Shown piece by piece: positions 51,304 to 59,664 of a DNA stretch of 64,000 nt. Every line of letters starts with the position of its first letter. Within the stretch, counting starts at the first letter, position 1. A program made the position numbers and the translations under genes. The stretch spans positions 1,888,001-1,952,000 of the forward strand of contig OY782781.1 in NCBI GenBank assembly GCA_963678315.1, in the 5' to 3' direction. The DNA is from Candidatus Cloacimonadales bacterium. GTDB lineage: Bacteria; Cloacimonadota; Cloacimonadia; Cloacimonadales; JAFGVF01. The notes beneath the pieces were generated by a model, which saw nothing but the letters and a program-made list of their open reading frames with translations, was not told the origin of the DNA and did not search any database.

Positions 51304-53835
51304 ATGGCTAAAGAAGCAAAAGCAAGGATTAAAATTAATAGGTTATTAGAAGAAGCTGGTTGGCGATTCTTTGATAGTGAAGAGGGTAAAGCTAATATTG
51401 AGCTTGAGAAGGGTGTAAAAATAACAAAGCAGTATTATGACCAGATGGGAAACAATTTTGAGGGATACAAGAACGGTTTTACTGATTACACACTATTAAA
51501 TAAAAAAGGTTTTCCTTTAGTTGTTCTGGAAGCAAAACGTGAAGAAAAAGATCCTATGGATGGCAAAGAACAAGCTAGACGCTATGCTAAGAGCTTGAAT
51601 GTAAATTTTGTAATTCTTTCCAATGGTAATTTACACTATTTCTGGGACTTAAGAAAAGGTAATCCTGTTGTAATTACCTCGTTTCCTACTGAAGATTCAT
51701 TAAACTATTATTCTCGTTCAAATCCCAACCCAAAGAACCTTGTAGAAGAAATTATAACAAAAGAATATATACTAGAAACACAATATCCATTATATAAAAC
51801 AGATCCAGACTATCTTGATAAAACTAAACACAAGGATTTCTTTGAAAAACATTCAGAGTTTAGATTGCTGAGAGACTATCAAATAAATGCTTTAAAATCT
51901 GTTCAAGAAGCAGTTAAAAATGGCTCTGATAGATTCCTTTTTGAAATGGCGACAGGTACGGGGAAAACTTTAACATCAGCTGCTCTAATAAAGTTATTTT
52001 TAAAGACTGGAAATTCTTCTAGAGTTCTATTTTTGGTTGATAGGTTAGAATTAGAAAAACAAGCAGCTACTAATTTTAACAACTATCTAAAAAATGATTA
52101 TACTAGTGTAGTATATAAAGAAAATAAAGATGAATGGAATAGTGCTAGGATTGTTGTGACAACTGTTCAAAGTTTATTGCATAACGATAAGTATCAAAGA
52201 CTATTCTCTCCTACTGATTTTGATTTAATTATTTCAGATGAAGCACATAGAAGTATTAACGGAAATGCCAGAGCACTCTTTGAATACTTCTGTGGTTATA
52301 AATTGGGGTTAACAGCAACACCTAAAGATTATTTAAAGAATATTAATGCAGAAGAGCTCAGGACAAACGATTCAAGAGCTTTAGAAAAAAGATTATTATT
52401 AGATACTTATAAAACTTTTGGTTGTGAGACAGGTAATCCAACCTTTAGATATAGTCTACTTGATGGAGTGAAAGATGGCTATTTAATTAATCCTATAGTT
52501 GTTGATGCTAGAACAGATATTACTACACAACTTCTTTCAGATCAAGGCTATTCTGTAATGGTTAAAGATGAAAATGGTGAGTTGCAAGAAAAAGCTTATA
52601 CTCAAAAATCTTATGCAAAGAAATTTTTCTCTCAGGAGACAGATATAGCTTTTTGTCTAAGCTTTATAGAAAATGCTCTTAGAGACCCTATAACTAATGA
52701 AATAGGTAAATCAATAGTGTTTTGTGTTAGTCAAGACCATGCTAATAATATATCTATGATTCTAAATGAGATAATAGAAAAGAAATACCCAGGTAAATAC
52801 AATTCTGATTTCGCTGTACAAGTGACTTCTAGAATTACAGATGCTCAAACTATGACTGTAAACTTCTCAAATAAAAATCTGAATGGTAGAACAACATTCC
52901 TTGATGGTTATAAGTCTGACAAGACAAGGGTTTGTGTTACAGTGGGTATGATGACAACAGGTTATGATTGTCCAGACTTATTGAATGTTGCTTTAATGCG
53001 ACCAATCTTTTCACCTTCTGACTTTGTACAAATAAAAGGAAGAGGAACTAGGACAAATACCTTTAAGTATGAGACAAGAAGAAATGGTATAACTGAAACT
53101 ATAAAACAGAATAAGACTAATTTCAAATTGTTTGATTATTTTGCTAATTGTGAGTATTTTGAGACAAAGTTTGATTATGATCAAGTAATAAAACTACCTA
53201 AATATTCATCAACAATTAAAGTAGATAATAATGACAATAATGATGATAAGATAAGTATAGATAGTTATAATTCTATAATAGCTGACCCTATAACTGAGCT
53301 TACAGAAGAACAGATAGGTTTAGATGGAATGAAGATTGATAGAAAGCTATATGAGAAGTTTGAAGAAGAGGTAACTAACGATAAAGAGCTTATTGAGCTT
53401 CTTGAAAATGAAGACTTTTCTGCTATGGAAGATTATATCAATGAAAACATCTTCAATAAACCATCTGAGTTTTATAACTTAATTAAACTTAGAAATGCAA
53501 TCAAAGTTGATAGAAGAGTCTCACTTAGAGAAATGATACTAAAAGCCTTTGGTCTTATCGATAGGTTTAAAGGAAAACATGAAATGTTAGATAGTGAGTT
53601 TGCTAAATTTGTAAGCATATACCATCCAGATAATGAGCATGTCCATGTAGCTAGGAAATTCTTTAAAGCTTATGTTACAGATGAAGAGATAAGAACAATT
53701 ATTAAAAAGAAAGAGTTTGGTAGGTTTGCTACTAACTCAAAGATAACTATAAATGATATAAGAGAATTAAACGGTTTCAGAGAGATAATCCCTGAATATG
53801 TTAAAGATTATGTTAATATAAATCAGTTTATGTAA
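51304..53835 (+). CDS. hsdR: Type I restriction enzyme R subunit (EcoEI/EcoAI-like)
   Basis: Nuclease DY...LEAK; helicase motifs RDYQ, MATGTGKT, DEAHR, TAT, TTGYD, QIKGRGTR. Confidence 0.9.
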   Translation: MAKEAKARIKINRLLEEAGWRFFDSEEGKANIELEKGVKITKQYYDQMGNNFEGYKNGFTDYTLLNKKGFPLVVLEAKREEKDPMDGKEQARRYAKSLNVNFVILSNGNLHYFWDLRKGNPVVITSFPTEDSLNYYSRSNPNPKNLVEEIITKEYILETQYPLYKTDPDYLDKTKHKDFFEKHSEFRLLRDYQINALKSVQEAVKNGSDRFLFEMATGTGKTLTSAALIKLFLKTGNSSRVLFLVDRLELEKQAATNFNNYLKNDYTSVVYKENKDEWNSARIVVTTVQSLLHNDKYQRLFSPTDFDLIISDEAHRSINGNARALFEYFCGYKLGLTATPKDYLKNINAEELRTNDSRALEKRLLLDTYKTFGCETGNPTFRYSLLDGVKDGYLINPIVVDARTDITTQLLSDQGYSVMVKDENGELQEKAYTQKSYAKKFFSQETDIAFCLSFIENALRDPITNEIGKSIVFCVSQDHANNISMILNEIIEKKYPGKYNSDFAVQVTSRITDAQTMTVNFSNKNLNGRTTFLDGYKSDKTRVCVTVGMMTTGYDCPDLLNVALMRPIFSPSDFVQIKGRGTRTNTFKYETRRNGITETIKQNKTNFKLFDYFANCEYFETKFDYDQVIKLPKYSSTIKVDNNDNNDDKISIDSYNSIIADPITELTEEQIGLDGMKIDRKLYEKFEEEVTNDKELIELLENEDFSAMEDYINENIFNKPSEFYNLIKLRNAIKVDRRVSLREMILKAFGLIDRFKGKHEMLDSEFAKFVSIYHPDNEHVHVARKFFKAYVTDEEIRTIIKKKEFGRFATNSKITINDIRELNGFREIIPEYVKDYVNINQFM

Positions 53836-53844
53836 AATAATTAA

Positions 53845-54434
53845 GCCACAGATTAACACGGATGCACACAGATAATAAAAAAAAGAATTAATCAGTGTCT
53901 ATCAGCGTGAATCAGTGGCAAGAAAAGTAAGTAATTATTAAGCCACGGATTAACACAGATAAACTCGGATAAAAAAAGAATTAATCAGTGGTAATAAAAA
54001 GAAAGTAATATATTAGCCTCGGATTAACACGGATGCACACAGATAATAATAAAAAGAACTAATCCGTGTCTATCAGTGAAAATCTGAGGCAAGAAAAGTA
54101 AGTAATTATTAAGCCACGGATTAACACAGATAAACTCGGATAAAAAAAGAATTAATTCAGTGGTAATAAAAAGAAAGTAATATATTAGCCTCGGATTAAC
54201 ACGGATGCACACAGATAATAATAAAAAGAACTAATCCGTGTCTATCAGTGAAAATCTGAGGCAAGAAAAGTAAGTAATTATTAAGCCACGGATTAACACA
54301 GATAAACTCGGATAAAAAAAGAATTAATTCAGTGGTAATAAAAAGAAAGTAATATATTAGCCTCGGATTAACACGGATGCACACAGATAATAATAAAAAG
54401 AACTAATCCGTGTCTATCAGCGTAAATCAGTGGC
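53845..54434. repeat. Left tandem array of 7 imperfect-hairpin units (4 complete, 3 with truncated right arm); 172-bp higher-order period
   Basis: Units start at 53845, 53942, 54016, 54113, 54188, 54285, 54360. Left arm e.g. gccacagattaacacggatgcacacagat, A-rich loop, right arm e.g. atcagtgtctatcagcgtgaatcagtggc. Confidence 0.95.
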
Positions 54435-54466
54435 AAAGAAAGATAGGTTATTGAGGAGGATGATTA

Positions 54467-54847
54467 ATGTTATATGAAGGTTTATCTGATAAGATAATAA
54501 AATGTTTTTATGATACATATAACGAACTAGGTAGGGGGTTCTTAGAAAATATTTATGAAAATGCACTAAGTATAGTATTTCAAGAGAATGGTTTAATCCA
54601 TCAAAAGCAAAAAGATATTGATGTTTTTTTTCATAAAAAGAAAATAGGTTATTATAGAGCAGACATAATCGTTGAAGATAAAATTATATTGGAATTAAAG
54701 GCTGTTGCAAAGATAAAACCTGAGCATCAAGCTCAGTTAATAAATTATCTTAAAGCTACTGGAATAAAAATAGGATATATACTAAATTTTGGAGATAAAC
54801 CAGAGTTTAGAAGATTTATATTTGATAGTTCGAATGTAAATAAATAA
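54467..54847 (+). CDS. GxxExxY family protein (PD-(D/E)XK nuclease-like)
   Basis: 126 aa; GFLENIY matches GxxExxY; RADIIVEDKIILELKA matches D...ExK; AQLINYLK; strong gaggagg RBS. Confidence 0.92.
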   Translation: MLYEGLSDKIIKCFYDTYNELGRGFLENIYENALSIVFQENGLIHQKQKDIDVFFHKKKIGYYRADIIVEDKIILELKAVAKIKPEHQAQLINYLKATGIKIGYILNFGDKPEFRRFIFDSSNVNK

Positions 54848-54863
54848 ATTAAAGAGATGTTTA

Positions 54864-56144
54864 GCCACGGATAAACACGGATGAACTCAGATAAAAAAGA
54901 ATTAATCAGTGTGTATCAGCGTGAATCTGAGGCAAGAAAAGAAATTAATATTTAAGCTACGGATTAACACGGATGCACACAGATAATAAAAAAAAGAATT
55001 AATCATTGTGTATCAGCGTGAATCAGTGGCAAGAAAAGAAAGTAATAAATAAGCCACGGATTAACACAGATGAACTCGGATGAAAGGGAATTAATCAGTG
55101 TTTATCGGCGTGAATCTGAGGCAAGAATTTAAAGTAATAAATAAGCCACAGATTAACACAGATAAACTCGGATGAAAGGGAATTAATCAGTGTTTATCGG
55201 CGTGAATCTGAGGCAAGAATTTAAAGTAATAAATAAGCTACGGATTAACACGGATGAACTCAGATAAAAAGAGAATTAAATCAGTGTGTATCAGCGTGAA
55301 TCAGTGGCAGAAAATAAAGAAATTATTAAGCCACGGATTAACACGGATGTACTCGGATGAAAGGGAATTAATCAGTGTTTATCAGCGTGAATCTGAGGCA
55401 AGAATTTAAAGTAATAAATAAGCCACAGATTAACACAGATGAACTCGGATGAAAGGGAATTAATCAGTGTTTATCAGCGTGAATCTGAGGCAAGAATTTA
55501 AAGTAATAAATAAGCCACAGATTAACACGGATGAACTCAGATAAAAAGAGAATTAAATCAGTGTGTATCAGCGTGAATCTGAGGTAAGAATCTAAAGTAA
55601 TAAATAAGCTACGGAAAAACACAGATGAACTCGGATAAAAAAGAATTAATCAGTGTCTATCAGCGTGAATCTGAGGCAAGAATTTAAAGTAATAAATAAG
55701 CCACAGATTAACACAGATAAACTCGGATAAAAAGAGAATTAAATCAGTGTGTATCAGCGTGAATCTGAGGCAAGAATTTAAAGTAATAAATAAGCCACAG
55801 ATTAACACGGATGAACTCAGATAAAAAAGAATTAATCATTGTGTATCAGCGTGAATCTGAGGCAAGAATCTAAAGTAATAAATAAGCTACGGAAAAACAC
55901 AGATGAACTCGGATAAAAAAGAATTAATCAGTGTCTATCAGCGTGAATCAGTGGCAAGAAAAGAAAGTAATAAATAAGCTACGGAAAAACACAGATGAAC
56001 TCGGATAAAAAAGAATTAATCAGTGTGTATCAGCGTGAATCTGAGGCAAGAATTTAAAGTAATAAATAAGCCACAGATTAACACGGATGCACACAGATAA
56101 TAATAAAAAGAACTAATCCGTGTCTATCAGTGAAAATCAGTGGC
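54864..56144. repeat. Right tandem array of 14 imperfect-hairpin units, ~92-97 bp period
   Basis: Units start at 54864, 54956, 55053, 55145, 55237, 55330, 55422, 55514, 55608, 55700, 55794, 55886, 55978, 56070; same arms as the left array. Confidence 0.95.
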
Positions 56145-56170
56145 AAATAAATAAGTTATTAGGATGAAAA

Positions 56171-58672
56171 ATGTTAGATAAAACAACGAAAAGAAAAATA
56201 GATAATGCTAGAGATATATTGGTAGGCAAAGTACCAATACCTAAGTCACAAATAGACTTAATAACCATAACACTAATATATAAGTTTATGGATGATATGG
56301 ACAGACAAGCAGAAGAGATTGGTGGCAACGCCAGCTTTTTTGTGCAAGATTTTGAAAAGTATGCTTGGGCTAAAGTAATGGACCAATCACTTGGTGGTTA
56401 TGAAAGATTACAGCTTTTTGATGAAGGTCTTATCAAAATGAATCAAAACCCTCATATTCCTGCTTTATTCAGAGAAATATTTAAGAATGCCTTCTTACCT
56501 TTTAGAGATCCTGAAACTCTCAACATGTTTTTAGAAGAAATAAATGATTTTGATTATGGTCATTCAGAAAAGCTTGGTGATGCTTTTGAATACTTACTTT
56601 CCATTATGAGCTCACAGGGAGATGCAGGACAATTCCGAACTCCTAGGCACATTATCGAGTTTATAGTTGATGTTGTAAATCCAACTAAAACAGATAAAAT
56701 ATTAGATCCAGCTTGTGGAACAGCAGGTTTCTTAATCTCTGCCTATAAACACATAATGGAAGAGAATACCGAAGATTACTATGGAGATATGCTTAATAGT
56801 GATGAAAGAGATACACTAGCTAATAATATAGTTGGCTATGATATATCACCAGATATGGTAAGGCTTAGTTTAGTTAATATGTTTTTACATAAGTTCCCAA
56901 ACCCACAAATATTTGAATATGATACGTTAACTAATACTGAAAGATGGGAAGATAGCTTTTCTTGTATATTAGCTAACCCTCCTTTTATGTCTCCTAAAGG
57001 TGGAATAAAACCACATTCAAGGTATGCTATAAAATCTAAGCGTTCAGAAGTACTTTTTGTTGATTATATGATGGAACACCTAACCGAAGATGGTAAAGCT
57101 GGAATAATTGTTCCCGAAGGTATCATCTTCCAAAGTCAAAAAGCTCATAAAGAACTACGTAAGAAGATGGTTGAACAAAACTACCTTTGGGCTGTTGTCT
57201 CCTTACCAAGTGGGATATTCCAACCCTACTCAGGTGTAAAAACCTCAATCCTACTATTTGATAAAGCAAGAGCAAAAGCAAGTGATAAAATAGTTTTTGC
57301 TAAAGTTCAAAATGATGGCTATTCATTAGGATCACAACGAACACCTATCAATAAAAATGATCTACCAAAATTAATTGATGCTCTTAATTATTACAAAAAT
57401 AAAAATGAAATCTGTGAAAATCAGTGTGAATCTGTGGCAAAAGAAGATTGTATTAGCCACGGATTAACTCAGATTGAAACGGATAAAGAGAATATATTTA
57501 AAAATATTTCAATCGTAGAAAAATCAAAACTTGCAGAAAATGATTATAATTTGAGTGGAGATAGGTATATTGTAGAGAGTATAATGAATCATTCAAACTG
57601 GGAAATGGTGTACTTAGGTGATGTATGTGAATTGGTGAGAGGTGTTACATACACTAAAAGTGATGAAGTAGATGAAAATGGGCATATGATATTGAGAGCA
57701 AATAATATATCACTAGAAAGTAATACACTTAACCTTGATGACATTAAAATGGTTAAACTGGACAAGCAACCTAAACTTCATAAGAAACTTAGTAAAGATG
57801 ATATCCTAATATGCTTAGCAAGTGGTAGTAAAAAACATATTGGTAAGGTTGCCTATAGCGATTCTGAAACTGAATATTATTTTGGTGGATTTATGGGAGT
57901 TGTTAGGTGTACTACTTTCAAGAACATTCCTAAATTTATATATCATTTACTTAAACACAGTAAGTTTAATGAATTCATCAATTCACAAATATCAGGTGCA
58001 AACATTCATAATTTGAATAGTAAAATATTATATAAGTACCTAGTTCCTCTCCCACCCCTCGAAGTCCAAGAAGAGATTGTCGCAGAAATCGAAGGATATC
58101 AAAAGATAATTGATGGAGCAAAACAAGTTGTAGACAACTACAAACCTCATATTGATATTGATCCTGAGTGGGATGTTGTGGAATTCGAGGATGTATGCAC
58201 ACTTGAATATGGAAAAAGTTTACCGAAAAGCAAAAGAATTGAAGGTGAATTTCCTGTAGTAGGCTCTAATGGTATTACTGGATATCATAATGAGTTCCTA
58301 CTTGAAGCTCCTTCTATTATTGTTGGTAGAAAAGGATCTGCTGGTGAAGTCGTATTTATTAGCAAGCCATGCTATCCGATTGATACAACCTACTATGTAG
58401 AATTAAAATCAGAAGATACAAAATTGAAGTATGTTTACTACATTTTAAAATCTATGAATCTTGTAAAACTAAAAGGTGGAGCTGGTATACCAGGATTGAA
58501 TCGTAATGATGTATATAGAACAATAAAAATACCAAAACCTTCATTAGAAATTCAGCAGCGTATAGTTTCAAAAATCGACGAAGAGCAAAAGTATGTAGAT
58601 GGTTGTAAAAAACTAATTGAAATTTATGAGCAAAAGATAAAAGAAAGAATAGACAAGGTTTGGGAGGGGTAA
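56171..58672 (+). CDS. hsdM: Type I R-M fused methyltransferase-specificity protein (HsdM-HsdS), N6-adenine MTase
   Basis: GQFRTP, DPACGTAGFL (motif I), ANPPF (motif IV); C-terminal two TRDs with conserved PLPPLEVQEEIV and PKPSLEIQQRIV regions in a single ORF. Confidence 0.9.
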   Translation: MLDKTTKRKIDNARDILVGKVPIPKSQIDLITITLIYKFMDDMDRQAEEIGGNASFFVQDFEKYAWAKVMDQSLGGYERLQLFDEGLIKMNQNPHIPALFREIFKNAFLPFRDPETLNMFLEEINDFDYGHSEKLGDAFEYLLSIMSSQGDAGQFRTPRHIIEFIVDVVNPTKTDKILDPACGTAGFLISAYKHIMEENTEDYYGDMLNSDERDTLANNIVGYDISPDMVRLSLVNMFLHKFPNPQIFEYDTLTNTERWEDSFSCILANPPFMSPKGGIKPHSRYAIKSKRSEVLFVDYMMEHLTEDGKAGIIVPEGIIFQSQKAHKELRKKMVEQNYLWAVVSLPSGIFQPYSGVKTSILLFDKARAKASDKIVFAKVQNDGYSLGSQRTPINKNDLPKLIDALNYYKNKNEICENQCESVAKEDCISHGLTQIETDKENIFKNISIVEKSKLAENDYNLSGDRYIVESIMNHSNWEMVYLGDVCELVRGVTYTKSDEVDENGHMILRANNISLESNTLNLDDIKMVKLDKQPKLHKKLSKDDILICLASGSKKHIGKVAYSDSETEYYFGGFMGVVRCTTFKNIPKFIYHLLKHSKFNEFINSQISGANIHNLNSKILYKYLVPLPPLEVQEEIVAEIEGYQKIIDGAKQVVDNYKPHIDIDPEWDVVEFEDVCTLEYGKSLPKSKRIEGEFPVVGSNGITGYHNEFLLEAPSIIVGRKGSAGEVVFISKPCYPIDTTYYVELKSEDTKLKYVYYILKSMNLVKLKGGAGIPGLNRNDVYRTIKIPKPSLEIQQRIVSKIDEEQKYVDGCKKLIEIYEQKIKERIDKVWEG
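57410..57484. repeat. In-frame copy of the array hairpin inside hsdM-S
   Basis: atctgtgaaaatcagtgtgaatctgtggc-17nt-gccacggattaactcagattgaaacggat, translated as ICENQCESVAKEDCISHGLTQIETD. Confidence 0.85.
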
Positions 58673-58674
58673 GT

Positions 58675-59475
58675 ATGGAAGAATATATATATAATTTATC
58701 TCGTTTTTATCCAATTACTATTAGAGATCAAAGTCATATTGATTACATAGAAGGATTAAAAACGTCTTTTTTAGATAATATAGAAACAAGTAATTATCAG
58801 TTTGCTTTTTTTTCTTATCATTTGTTATTTATGGGATTTATATATTATTCTATAGCAACTTATAGAGAATTATATCAAGAGCATTTTGAACAAAGTTTAT
58901 ATTTATTAACAGGCAACAAAGATAGATTGAAACTATTTAATCAAACAGGTAAAATTTTTGATTTTTCTCATGAAAATGAGAGCACTATTATTAGATTATT
59001 ATCAGTATTTAACTGTGATAAAATGGTAATTAACGATTTGAAGAGACTTATAAAAAAGAGAAATGATATAGGACACTGTAATGCAAAAAATGAGTTCGTA
59101 GACCTTAAAAATCTTGAAAAAGAGTTAGACAAATATCTTGTAATAGCAGATCATATACATAAGTCTTTGGTGGATATTAAAAGCTGCAAATTCATTGATT
59201 ATATTAAAGATACTTTTGTAGACAAATTTTATTTGGATTATGAACTAGACGATTTTGAAGAGGATGATTATTTAAGTGAAAATGATGTTATTACTGAACT
59301 AAATGAGAATTATATTCCTGATAATTACATTTCTGAAAATGATATAGAAGAATTGAAGAGAATTAATTTATCAGATTTTGAAAAAATTGAAGAACATAAA
59401 AATTTAACTAAAATATATAGCTTTATGATTGAGAAATGGCAAGAAGAATACAATTTGGAGGAAAGAGAAAATTAA
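58675..59475 (+). CDS. Hypothetical protein with RxxxxH (HEPN-like) motif, coupled to hsdM-S
   Basis: ATG at 58675, 2 nt after the hsdM-S stop, with ggagggg RBS; helical, KRNDIGH; very AT-rich. Confidence 0.55.
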   Translation: MEEYIYNLSRFYPITIRDQSHIDYIEGLKTSFLDNIETSNYQFAFFSYHLLFMGFIYYSIATYRELYQEHFEQSLYLLTGNKDRLKLFNQTGKIFDFSHENESTIIRLLSVFNCDKMVINDLKRLIKKRNDIGHCNAKNEFVDLKNLEKELDKYLVIADHIHKSLVDIKSCKFIDYIKDTFVDKFYLDYELDDFEEDDYLSENDVITELNENYIPDNYISENDIEELKRINLSDFEKIEEHKNLTKIYSFMIEKWQEEYNLEEREN

Positions 59476-59664
59476 CAATTTGATTGTAGAAAGCAGTTTT
59501 CCTAGTATATCATTAGAGGAATTTTTTTTCAGACAATAGTTGATTTAACAGAAGCTTTTGCTTCTAATACAGGTATTGAAACTTCTTTGATCGATTTTGG
59601 TGTTCTTGAATATTTTAAAATTAATAGTTTGAAATAACATTCATGGATTTAAAGACATTAATTT

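Noticed and set aside
54024..54384. Two identical 62-aa minus-strand ORFs
   Set aside because: They result from the 172-bp tandem repeat, have no RBS and run antisense to the operon.
53845..56144. CRISPR array
   Set aside because: The sequences between conserved arms are short, A-rich and reused among units rather than unique 30-40 nt spacers; the repeat is a long bipartite inverted repeat; no cas genes in the window.
51304..59475. Invertible hsdS shufflon or autonomous mobile element
   Set aside because: No recombinase, integrase or transposase, no second hsdS, and no inverted repeats around the TRDs were seen.
59480..59637. Possible frameshifted gene remnant at the right island edge (…SISLEEFF / QTIVDLTEAFASNTG…)
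   Set aside because: Too short, with no recognisable homology; cannot be supported without a search.
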